A DNA stretch of 64,000 nt from Felis catus (taxonomy: Eukaryota), in NCBI RefSeq assembly GCF_018350175.1, contig NC_058369.1, forward strand, positions 96,906,001 through 96,970,000, given 5' to 3'. Below are positions 52,250-64,000 of the stretch, piece after piece. The notes below the pieces were generated by a model. It saw only the letters and a program-made list of their open reading frames with translations. It was not told the DNA's origin and did not search any database. Position 1 is the first letter of the stretch; each line of letters opens with the position of its first letter. The position numbers and the translations under genes were made by a program.

Positions 52250-52376
52250 TCATGGGGCCAAACTGTGTCCCCCTAAGATGCTTATGTTGAAGTTCTAACC
52301 CCTAGTGCTCCAGAATGTGACTATATTTGGAGCTAGGCCTTTTAAGAAGGTAATTAAAATTTCATGAGGCCATTAG
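52250..52376 (+). mobile_element. MLT1 LTR 5' fragment
   Basis: aactgtgtccccctaagatgcttatgttgaagttctaacccc...agaatgtgactatatttggag. Confidence 0.8.
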
Positions 52377-52377
52377 T

Positions 52378-52487
52378 CTCCTTGCTGTCAGCACAGAGCC
52401 CAACATGGGGCTCAAACTCACAAACCGCAAGATCATGATCTGAGCCAAAACCGGACGCTCAACCGACTGAGCCACCCAATCGCCCCC
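52378..52487 (-). mobile_element. Can-SINE 5' half (3' part missing)
   Basis: Head only, abutting the MLT1 fragment. Confidence 0.88.
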
Positions 52488-52586
52488 AATTTCACAGTTT
52501 ATCCATATTCTCCTAGAGACGTGTTTCTTGGGGGCACTCTTAGGGCTATATACCAACTCATAGTGGCTTTAAGAGCAGTCACAGAG

Positions 52587-52803
52587 GGGGGCACCTGGGT
52601 GGCTCAGTTGGTTGAGCATCTGACTTTGGCTCAGGTCATGATCTTGCAGTTTGTGAGTTCGAGCCCTGCATCAGGCTCTGTGCTGGAAGCTCAGAGCCTG
52701 GAGCCTGCTTTGGATTCTGTGTCTCCCTCTTTCTCTGCCCCTCCCGCACTCATGCTCTGTCCCTCTCTCTCAATAATATAATAAACAAATGTTAAAAAAA
52801 AAT
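52587..52803 (+). mobile_element. Can-SINE
   Basis: Full head, body and tail. Confidence 0.94.
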
Positions 52804-55800
52804 TGAATAAATCTCTGCACTACAGAAGAAAATTGCTAAATAGCCCGGTAGAAAAGAAACAGGACTCTGTTGTTATGACTACATGCTACCAAATATCCAG
52901 CGAGCTCAGCTGTTTGTTAAATCACTTGGCCAAAGAGTTGTCTATGGTGATCGGTTTTTCCCACTTTAGTTCGAGTTTGAGGCGTAAGGTCTGGAGAGTC
53001 TCAGCATCCTAGCTTAATCTCCTAGGCAAGAACTTCTCCTCCAGGATGTGGCTAATAATTAGAAAAGTATAAAGTCCCAATGAGCCAAATTAGGGTTAAT
53101 TTAGTGAGAATGAAGAGTAAGCAGCCTGAGTGTAATTAGAGGGAAAGCAGAACACTTCTTTGTCGAACACACATAGTGAATATACTAATGGTGTGAGGAA
53201 GTGGTAGAAAGGGGGCACATTAAGCTGTTATAAGCTGACTGAGAAATTAGTAATGTAACAGCAGCATTCCAAAAGGACGACCAGCTGGCAGGGCAGTGGG
53301 TGGGAGGTAGTAAGCCAGGATTAAAAGGGTCAGGGGACACAGTCAGGTAAGGTGGCCTCTTTTGGGGCCTTAATATTGGGGTTTTTTTAGATAGCCTGAA
53401 AGTTGGGAATCAGGTCACAAGAAAAGGAACAACTACTGAGAAACAAAAGTGGAAGAAACCAAAGAAACCATCCCCTACACCATTGTACAGGACTGGAATC
53501 AGGTTGATAGAGTCTGCATTCCCTTGTGCAATTGTTCACATAGACAAGATGAGGCTGACTACCTCTTCTCACTTTTCATGTAGGAAAATTGATGTTCCCA
53601 AGCTACCAAATCTTGAATTTCTGGTTAACTCGTGCTTGCCAGGAGCCAGTCTACAATATGTCATAAGATACCCTCATAGAATCTTATGGAAGCATTGATA
53701 CTACACATAGTTAAAACCTGGATTGTCATGTGGTATATACACAAAGATAGGTGGACATGTACTGCACAAATATAGACATAAGAGAATTATGACATATATA
53801 TTGGGTATTTTACCAAGAGCAGATCTCCAATGTAATTAGTTAATAAAAGAGAGGAAAAAATCAAAGCAAAATGTAATATACTTTCTGGTTGGATATACTG
53901 GAAGTGTGGCTGTTAGAAGGTAGGTGGATGGACAAAGGAGGGTGGCCTTTTTTAACTCCAATTGAAATGGACAAAATTAAAGCATTAAATGCAAGTGTTT
54001 TTGATGCAATTTAACTGAATTTAAATCTTAATTCTGATTCTATGGACAGTGAGTTTTCACGTAGCAATAAAACAAAATAAAAGTCATGACTATAAATAGT
54101 AGTTGAATGGTCTAGTGGGTAGGGTCATTGAAATATTTTTAATTAACCCAATATGAAATGAAAAGTCCATCCAGTGCATTACAGGTAGAGTGCTGCCCTT
54201 GTGATGAGCTATTTGTAAGATAATAACTGTGTGCCTAGAGCAGTGCTCAAAGTAGTTATTCTCATCACCTAAATTAATCCACTCAACAACCCTAAAAGGG
54301 GAGGTTTGCAGGTGAGGAAGTGGCAGATCTGGGATTCAATATCAGATCTTTCAGATCTTTCAGTCCCTGTACCCAGTGACTATGTCTCCCTGATTTTAAT
54401 TTCCACAGAGCTGGGTTAAAGGTTGAGAATTTGGGTTCCTCTTTCCTGCTCCCTTGCTCAAAATTAAACAAACTAGGTACTCAATACAGAAAAAAACTGG
54501 CTATGACTTTTCTACTTTCATTACCCACAAAATGACCGACATAACCTGTGCACTCAGCAGTTAGGCATATTTGGAGAATTAATTTCAAATAGACTGCAAC
54601 TATATTATGCCAAAATAGGTGCCAGGAGAGATTAAATCAACTAGTGAAGGGAAAATTTCAGACAAACTAGGAATTGGATATTACATGGATAGGTGGTTCT
54701 CACATTTTCAGTTTATGGATAACTTGAGTGGCGAACAAGTTTAAGAATAATGTCCCACCATTTATGCCTTGCACTGCATGTATGTGTATGTGTACTCATT
54801 ATATACTGACAGGAAAAGTATGTCATTAGTTCATGCTAAGAATGAAAGTGCAGGCGGTGATTATAGACCAAAAGTTCATAAGCATCAATGCTACAAGAAA
54901 GAAGTTCATGAACCATCTAAAAAACCTTGTGATCTTCATTTATAGACAAACAACACTGGATATTTTCCCAAACAGGCCACTAAAATTTAAATACACCATA
55001 ATTATAGGGAACTCTGATAAATAGGTGAGAAGAAACATTTGATATGATCCAAGATTTTCATTTTTATAGGATATAATATTTAAGTTTTCATGATTGAGTA
55101 ACATATAAATCTTTCAACATTGTCTTTATAATATTATAACATCAAGAAAAACTTATACATGTACTTCTTTGGGGATGTATTTCAGAATTAAGTTAGTTTT
55201 AAAGGGCTCTTCAGTTGGGGTTTGACTTAAGGGTTATTCAATTAATTATACTTGAATCAAGGACTCTGTCCCAGCTTCATTTTTAATTCAAGGACTATGT
55301 TTTAAATTCTAAAAATACTAGAAAATGATTTCCAAAGTAAATTAATAGAACTTTCAAAAAGGACTTAGACCACCTACTTGTTTAGTGGTTAGAAAGGATG
55401 AATTAATAAGGATGTTCTTCCTTTGAGACCTATACAACAAAATAACTTTGACATTAAATTGAAAGGATTAGAGAGGTTTTTCATCTTATTTTTTAATACT
55501 GTCTTTATGCATGTATTTAAGTTATTATATGTAGTATGAGAGATAGTTAGCAGTGGCTCCCTGAGTCAGTAACTAAGATTGGTAATAGCATGTAAAAAGT
55601 ATTTGAATCTACTAAATTATGTTGGTATTTGCCCAACTATATCAGCAACAGTCAGGCTGAAAAAAACAGACTATTTTCAAAAACAAGGTGTCATTGTGGT
55701 AAGTTTAAAAAATAAAAAGTAAGACTAAGGTTTTCTATCATGAAATCAAATTTTAGATGATTTAAAATGTTTTAACTTTTCCGGTTATTTTGCATTAATC

Positions 55801-56707
55801 ACAGTGGAAAATAATATCCTATTGGGTTTAGAGTTTGTCAATGATTCCTATCTTTCAACATTCAGATATATATTTTTAATATTCTAAAGTAATGGGAGAT
55901 TTTTCTAATAAACCTTTATATAATAAGTTTCTTGTGGGTTTGGACTATGAACTTACTTATTCATATTGGAAATAAACCCAGTAAAATTCTACTTCTCTCC
56001 CATGAATAAACAGTAGGAAAAATTACAATGATAATAAAAAGAAGTCTTGATATTTTTCAGCATGTACACACTCTGTAATGTTTCTGATGAAAGATTAAAT
56101 GATTCAATATATATATTGACATATATATGTTGACATATATCAACATACATACATATTGTGCTAAGGGCTATGCCGGCACTAGAAATGCAACTGTGAGTGA
56201 GAAAGGCACAAGCAATTCCCTCTCAGAGCTACATTCTATATAAAGATACAGAGAAGGAAAGAGGAAGTTGTAAAATATATGCTTGGGAGGGGAAAGTTCT
56301 AGGCTCCAGGAGACATTTAGTTGCCTTACTCCACTCAATTGCCCAGATATATTGTAATTTTTTCCTGACTTCTTGAGAGTCCATATATGGGACTGAAGTC
56401 CCTCTAATTTTCCAAGTGCTGTGGAAAATAATAAAGAGAAAATTTGTTCATTGTCTTACTACCATCACGTACACAGCATTAATAAGCCAGAGCATGAAGC
56501 TAGAGCATAAAATCAGAACACTAATTGTAGGAGGTATATACAGTGTGTATGTGGGTTTTTTAAGGGGATATATTGTTTAAGCATGATTTACTTTAGGCTT
56601 TTCAGAGATACATTCTTGATGGAGTTGTGTTCTCTTGCCTTATTTATATAAAAAGTGATAGCCATGGTTTTCAACTTGTACCAGGCTCCCATAAATAATC
56701 TCTGACT

Positions 56708-57255
56708 TGAGGCAGATTGTTTTCCCCCAAAGATGGTGGCTCTGATAGGTATATAATCCCACATTATCTTCTTACAATGTGATGTGGATACTCTTCCAAG
56801 AGGTGGGGGGGCTATAGTCCCTCCTCTTGAATCTGGGTACCACAGTAACTGACCTGACCTTCAGAGTGTGGCAGAATAACTCTTTATGACTATCCAACTC
56901 AGCTATTTTCCCTTGGCTCTCTCTTTTTATTGAGCCACTTTCTCTTGGACCCAGACACCATGTTGTAAGGAACCCAGGCCATAAGACATAGAAGGGCCAA
57001 GTATGGGTGTTCTGATCAACAGTATGAGCATCAGCTGCCATACATGTAAGGAAATAACCTTCAGAGGAGTCTAGCCCCCTACCTATAAATCTTCCACTAA
57101 AGCCCCAAACATCAAGGAACAAAGTCAAGTTGTTCCCACTATGCCTGGTCTAAATTACTAGCCCAGAGAAATGGTGAGATAAAACAAATTACTTTTATTG
57201 TTTTAAGCTACTAAATGTTAGAGTAATTTTTTGTGCAACAGTAGATAGCCATATT
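56708..57255 (+). mobile_element. MLT1 (ERVL-MaLR) solo LTR
   Basis: ccaaagatgg...cctcttgaatctggg...ccatgttgtaaggaaccca...gttttaagctactaaat...gcaacagtagata terminus. Confidence 0.8.
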
Positions 57256-57967
57256 AAAATATGGCTCAAGGACTTCAGGTATAAGATTAAGTAAGAGTAT
57301 TTGTGTTTATTTTTAGCTCTGCCACTAACTAAATGTTTTAGTCTAGTGTAACTAGTCTTGAATAAGTTACAGTACCCTCTGGGTCTCAGTTTTTCCATTT
57401 TCTAGTTGGGAAAATCAGAATAGACCCCTTTTAGCCTTAGCATCCAAGATTCTGTGATGGAGGCATTCTAAATAAGGGAGTATCAAGAGATATACCCAAT
57501 GGATATTTGTTGAATGAATGAATTTTATTTTAAAAATAAAATTATATAATAGCCATTATCTAAATACTTTAGTACTTAGTAACTGTGACAGAGTGAGTGG
57601 ACGGGAATCCATATATTGATCACCCTAAACACAATGGTGCACATTTACAACATCCTCAAACAGAACAAAATGCTATATGGAAGGTAAATGTTTTTGCTTG
57701 TGGTATTCATTGTGAAAAACAAAAAATAGACCAGTCGTCATTACTCACTACCTTCAGATAAAAAAAAAAACAGTATAGACAATATTAAAAGTCACACAAG
57801 TAATATGTAGTAGCAAATGCAAGGTGTGGGGGACACAAGAAGTATTCAATATTGTTTTGTGATCAGAAACTCCAGGGCTTCTCAAGCCTGGATACAGATT
57901 GGAATCACACAGGGGAACTTTAAAAGCACACTAGTTTCCTGGCCTCTCCTTCAAGACTCTGATTCAC

Positions 57968-57990
57968 GGGGGGGGGGGGGGGGGGGGGGG
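57968..57990 (+). repeat. G23 homopolymer within a MER5-like relic
   Basis: Directly visible. Confidence 0.9.
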
Positions 57991-60900
57991 TGGCCCAGGT
58001 GTGGCAAGGAAACATACCCTTAAGTTACTGGGGAGAAGTCTGGCTAGATCTAAATTTAACTTGTAGCTCCTCATTCTACTCTTCTCTTTTCACTCTTCCT
58101 GAGATCTCTACCTGATGAGAAACAGAAGAAGGAAAAGGGAACTTCTCTGTCTGGAGGCATTTGGTGTCTTTTTTATTTTTAGAAACAAAATGATCCTTAA
58201 ATGAAGGAACTAGTTAATTTAAGGGAAGAAAATTATGTGAAAATCATATGATTCCTCTTTCTTGATCGCAGAAAACCCAACTTCTGTGTTAAAAATCCTG
58301 TGTAGCAGAAATGAACTATGACACTAAAGAAAATACCACGCTGTGAGCCGTGACTCAGCTAAACCATAATGAAGATCTATGCCAGGTAAGTGGGCATCAA
58401 TTTGTCCTTCTCAGAACCACCAGCCCGGGAAATATGACCTTCATCAAATTAGACTGAATGTTTTCGCTTAAAAGAAAACCTGGTTTTAGTGAGAGAGAAT
58501 AAAGTTTTGGTTCTAGGAGTTGGACTGGCCCTTGGGAGATGTGAGACTGAGGTCAGGGCAGAGCAAGGCACAATGGTACCCTGTTGGTTCAGATTAAAGC
58601 ATGGCAGAGAGGAATCCTATAAGATGCCTAGGCAAAATTCTTTTCCCCAAATCTCTTAAATTGTCCCAATAATATTCATTTTTAGGTAGGAAATCATGAA
58701 GTCTTATCTTGCACATTTCTGAAGATCTAATATGGGGAGCCATTCTCTCAAGAGTTGCTGGCAACTCTGAGACTCAAGTTATTAGAAATATGATAATGTT
58801 ATCAGGGTAAGAGAAGATCCTAATAGTGTATTTAAGAGCTAACAGGATTCCTAACCTCATATCATATAAATAAACTAATGCCCTAGGTCCTTTTGGACCT
58901 TTCTGTACATATGACAAAAACAAAACAAAATGAAAAAACTTTCAAGACAACTCAGCAAAAAATTCCAATTTAGAATCAATCTAAAACTTTGGAGGTCAAC
59001 TGCTTTCAAAGCAGAAACTGGCTTTATTTTCTTTCTAAAGACTTTGGTCAAAGCAACATTTGGAATACTCACATTTGGAGATTAACTTTCTGCCAAATAC
59101 AGAAGTTCCCAGTCTATTTCCTCAATGGAAATCATCCCATCAAGTGAATCTTATTTATTCCAGGAACGGTATTACATTTGTAGACTATGTTCCTAAGGAC
59201 TCAGCATCAAGTAAATTATGTATATGACATCAGTATATAATGAAAGTTTAAATACAAAACTAAAAAATCTCTAAGATAAAAGTAGTAATATTAAATTCTA
59301 ATTAGAAAATGTGAATACATATAGGCTGAATACATAAAAATATAGTTTCCCTACATCACTTGTTTGACTTAAAGCCTCCCTATAATCATATTAATGCGGC
59401 ATTGTATTTATAATACTTTTACTAATTTTTTAATACAGAAGGGGTTTTCCGAGATGCATTAGAATGATCTAGATCTTAAAACAAACAAAACCAAATCAAA
59501 AATCTTTTCTAAAGTCTTTGAGTTGTTTTTTTTCTCCCTATAAATTTCCCTGTCTGTAAGCAAGGGCATTTTTTAAATATTATTTCAGTCATCATAGTGG
59601 AACTCAAAGTAGAGTCATGAGTATTCATAGTTATTTACATGGATGATATAAAAATGTGTCTTCCCCTGAAAATATATTTTGACTTCAGAGTAGGTCTGCA
59701 TTTCTCTGCTCCACATTTTCCATGAGTTAAGACCTTCCAATAGGAGGCATCCATCAAGAGTAGCAGGGCTTTCCCAAGGGAGCTGTGATCAGTCTTTCCA
59801 GAAAAGTTAGGAATCACACTGCAGGTTGCTTATGTTGCATGAACTCTTCGTCTCTAAGCCTGGACCAAGAGAACTGGGGAGCCACTAGAGTGTCAACTGG
59901 GAAAGTGACAGGGTTCTATTTTCAGACAATGAGTGGGGGAAAGGCAATTTTAGCGGCAGGGACAGTCAGGGTGGAGCCTGGGGGGTTGGGGGAAATTTCA
60001 TGGAGGAGGTGACCTTAAGCTGAGAAGAGTAAGTGTAAAAATATGTAAGGCAGAAGAAAAATTTTATTGCTTAAGGACACAAACACATGTGATTAAGAAA
60101 ATCATGGAAATAATAAGTAGACATTTTAGAATAAAAATAATAGTTGCTTCTGAGTGGGAAGGGAATGGACTGAGATTGGGGAGGAGTTATAGGGTACTGC
60201 AAATGATGACCTTAAACTCATAATCGTTTGAGACCTAATATGGACAGGCATCATGCTAATTACCTCCCCAACAACCCTGTTTGGCCATGGCATCTTCATT
60301 TTATCGAGGAAGAAACTGCATCCCAGAGAGATTAAGAGATTTGTTCAAAGTCTTCCATTTAGTAAGAGGCAGAGTCTAAGTTCAAACTTAAGTTTTTCTG
60401 ACTCTACAGGCCCATGTTTTCATTTTTACCATACCTCACAATGGTTTCATTTTAAAAAAGCATTTCTTTTGTTTTATGGCACCACAATTTGTAATAAAAG
60501 TAATCCAGAGCCTTAAAAGTATACATGACATGAGACTTTTTGTGAAATTTACATGGGATTGACAACCATTTGGTGAGTATAAACATGGAGGTACCCTCTT
60601 GCTTAATTAAATCCAGCTGGAGATCCGAAAATATTTAAGATAATTATATTTTTGATGGTATGAATTACTATGACTTATACAGACAACATGAAAAGTCTAA
60701 TTAAAAAGCAGCTCTCAGAGTGGAAAAGGCTCTTCAGCAATTCTTAAAGGGCTTCATGCAGTTTGGCAGCACCTGCCCCTTACATACACAAGAGTATCGT
60801 AGGATTCCAGAGAGTCACAGGATTCCAGAGAATCATAGGATTCCAGAGAAAATTATCCGGTTCTAAATAGCACTCATAAAATTTTTTTCCTTGATAAATG

Positions 60901-61639
60901 ATAACACTGACATAATTTATGATAACTGCTTTCATTCCAACATATGATTGCTGCACTTAGGAACTGGCATCTAACTGTAATCAGGCAGTAAAAACTGCCA
61001 TGTAACAAACAAAATATTTAAGGCAAATCAGAGGATCCATGGAGGTCAGGAGTGACCATTACTGCTCTCCAAATACATGTCCATGCCCAAATCCAGACAC
61101 AGAGGCTGCTCCCCCACAATGCTCTGTGCTCCAGAAAACCCCAAGACTTTCCTTCACGTGCATATGTATCCTGACTCCCCACCTTCTGAGTGGTGCTTCT
61201 GAGATGGTGTTAAAGTAGTACTGCTTTCAGGGAAACTGGGGTATGAGTAATCCCAAAAGACCATTAGAAGTCTCAGATATTCCACAGAAGATGTGAAAAA
61301 ATTATTTACTTTCAAGAAAGAACAACCTGATCATTCATGTTAATACATGTTAAATGGGAAAAAAAATCTTTGTAACCACATCTGCTCAGTGTAAAAGTAT
61401 ATACGTATTTATTTGCTGGGATACTCTGTTGAATACTGCAATATAGAATCACAGGTTTCTTACAGAACAGCTGGTTTAAAAGCTATTTCCTTTTATATTT
61501 CTATTCATTTGAATTGCTCACTTACATTTTATTCTTAATATTTCTATATATGTAGAAGGTAGTATTAAAAGGTAGTATTTTCTGGAATGTTGTTTTTTCA
61601 ATAAAACTTTTCAAAATTTCTGCATGGCATCATGAAATG

Positions 61640-61830
61640 ATCAAGCTAGGGTTGAATCTTTGCTATGGCATTTATGAGCTGTGTGACCTTGGGAAAGTCA
61701 GTCAATCTCTCTGAGGCTCCATTTTCTTATTTGAAAAATGGGGCTCATAATGCCTGTCTTGCAGTGTTAATGTGAACTTCAAGGAGGTTGGGTCCATAAA
61801 ACATTTGACTTGCAATAAGCATTCAGTATA
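61640..61830 (+). mobile_element. MIR SINE relic
   Basis: gctgtgtgaccttgggaaagtca...tctctgaggctccattttctta core. Confidence 0.8.
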
Positions 61831-62322
61831 TAGACACATTTTTATTGTGACCTGAGCCTGTTTCATTTCTCTTTGAGAATAAACTATAATTTAAGAATGT
61901 AGCCTCTAGAAAGCCTAATAAGTCAGGGAGAAAAGGCCCAGATACAGTCAGAGAAGTAGAAAGTCCTTAGAAAGCATATAAAATTGAGATAATAATCTTT
62001 ATCTCTTTGTGCAGTAAGATTATTAGGAGAGATTAACACATTTACAGAATTGTCTTTACATATTCCTAGTAAATTTTTTCCTTTCATAGCTGAATGTAAA
62101 ATTTTACACATTAAAAAGAAAAGTTCTGTTCATAAACATACTATCATTTATACCATCTTATGTCATTGTAATGATAAGGAGCAAATTTCAATGGGATCTT
62201 AAAATTATTCTACAGTTAGATCAGCCTTTTAAACTAATCTCAGATATTCTATTGAGGCTATATGGCCAGATTTTTCTACATGCCTTATGAATCGCTCTCC
62301 TACCTTAAAAAGTGGTATCCCT

Positions 62323-62498
62323 GGGGCACGTGGGAAGTTCAGTGGGTCGAGTGTCTGACTCTTGATTTCAGCTCAGGTTATAATCTCTAAGTTCATGAGA
62401 TCAAGCCCTGCATTGGGCTCTGTGCTAGCAGTGTGGAGCTTGCTTGGGATTCTCTCTCCCTCTATCTCTGCCCCTAGCCCCCCTCAACAAGATTTTTA
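62323..62498 (+). mobile_element. Can-SINE (older)
   Basis: TSD aaaaagtggtatc at 62307-62319 and 62499-62511. Confidence 0.9.
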
Positions 62499-64000
62499 AA
62501 AAAGTGGTATCTTACACTGAAGAAAGGATTTAGCAAATAACAATAACAATGGTGAAAATAATAGCTAATGTTACTAGCATTTGCTATGTGTTAACAATGT
62601 TCAAAATTTACATATGTTGTCTCATTTACTTCTCACAGTAATCGATGGGGTAGGTACTACCGCACTCCCATTTTGCAGATTTTTAAAAAATGAGGCACAG
62701 AGAGATTAAGAAGAGAAGAAGGAGTAATTGACATGGTATGTCCTGAGAACATCAATATTAAGGCATGTTGCTCTAGACATCCTGAAAGCAAATGAGCAAA
62801 GACCTTTCAAATTAAAGATAAGGAGAAATAAAGAATTAATGAAAACCATGGAATCACAGCATTCCTATCCCTCTTCTTCCTCTCTATGGAAAGCTTCCTT
62901 TGAGTGTATAATCCATATGTGGAACCAGTTCTATATCCTGGGCAGATGGAGAAAGCATTTTAGGGAGTGCCCTAAGTGCTCATGAAGTAGTATTTATAAG
63001 TAAAATTAGAAGGCACCTTAAAAAGTATAAATAATTACTGGAATTACAAATATTGATATGCAAGTGATATTACTGATCCATACTTTTGTCCTGGTTTTAC
63101 CACTTACTCTACCTATACCATCTCAGGCTAATCAATACACTTCTTGTTTCTCATCTATAAAATGAAAGGGCTTGATTAGCTGATATCTAAGGTTCCTTGA
63201 AACTTGACATTCTCTAGTTCTTATAACAGCTTAGGAAACTTCATCCTAGTCGTTTATATGATGTTCTGATCTTTAATATATTTTGAGACCAAGGTCCTTA
63301 TCAAATTGCACTTGACCTCTACCCACAAGGTCAGCTTCTTGTCTTAGTCATTGAAACTAAGGCATGAGAGATTTCATTTGCCTTGAAAACAGAGAAAATG
63401 ATACTGACATCTTATAGATTTAATCTGTTCCACTCTGTTTGCTGACTGCGTTGTTTCTGCTGTGATACTGGCCTAATAAAAAAATTAGTAAGTTCCAGTT
63501 GTGGCCAAGACAAAAAGGACCTATCTTAGGGGAGCTATGTCTACCTTTGACATGATGAGAATAAACTATTGGTTAACTTATAGTGCAAGGGAAGGGATGG
63601 AAAACTTCTTTGTTATTATATGTTATGATGGAATTTTTATTTTAAAGGCCCAAAGTTTCTGTGAAATAATTAACACATTTGCTTGTGCCAATCTCAATAA
63701 TTTTATGTACCAAGAGCAAATCCTTCACATCAACAGAGACCAGAAAGGTACAAACAGGATTCATATGAAGATTAGCATCCCTAAGAATGCATTGCTCTGA
63801 ATCTTTGAATCTTACGCATTATATTTTGCAACTGATTTCTACATACATGATCTTAACTGTACTTCACAACAACACTTAACGGGACAGCAAATGGAAATAT
63901 AATTATTGTATAGATAAGAAAATGAGACTTAGATAAATGGAAATTGCTCCTGTTTTACCATATATATAAAGGCTAAATACAGCCATTATCGCCCAACTTA

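Larger units (their letters stand above)
1..64000 (-). other. CALCR: CALCR (calcitonin receptor) gene body, partial; window is entirely intragenic
   Basis: Six spliced exons give [31 protein letters not shown]...[38 protein letters not shown]...[73 protein letters not shown], recognisably CALCR. Intronic miR-489/miR-653 confirm the locus. The next exon (VSCKILHFF...) is not in the window. Confidence 0.97.

Noticed and set aside
34622-60850. Short direct repeats as a CRISPR-like array or prokaryotic system
   Set aside because: No repeat-spacer periodicity and no cas-like ORFs; the context is plainly mammalian intron
5838-62498. tRNA genes
   Set aside because: All A/B-box-like sequences are heads of tRNA-derived Can-SINEs
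1-64000. The many 60-130 aa ORFs in the six-frame track
   Set aside because: Apart from those overlapping CALCR exons or L1 ORF2 relics, they are short, low-complexity or SINE-derived and show no recognisable domain; expected by chance in intronic DNA

Overview
Mammalian genomic DNA: AT-rich, CpG-depleted and repeat-rich. The carnivore tRNA-derived Can-SINEs include near-consensus SINEC_Fc-like copies, which points to a felid. The whole window lies inside the calcitonin receptor gene CALCR (class B GPCR) on the minus strand. Six coding exons with canonical AG/GT boundaries and consistent phases (34060-34110, 27313-27469, 25070-25180, 18598-18710, 15647-15738, 7927-8053) splice to 651 nt = 217 aa: signal peptide, extracellular domain, TM1, ICL1, TM2 and the start of ECL1. 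The remaining 3' exons and the main 5' promoter lie outside the window. The intronic miRNAs miR-489 and miR-653 sit after the ATG exon. The rest is intron with about 17 Can-SINEs, L1/L2/MIR/MER5/MLT/LTR16 relics, microsatellites and a 138-N gap. I found no evidence of a wholly new biological system. The most interesting observations are: (i) both known mammalian routes to the 16-aa ICL1 'insert' isoform (human-type cassette exon, pig-type distal acceptor) are visible, and both are frame-broken into premature stops; (ii) a candidate alternative first exon and promoter near 43.0-43.7 kb that splices in frame to give an N-terminal extension; (iii) several retrotransposition footprints. Ortholog comparisons rely on remembered sequences and need checking by alignment.
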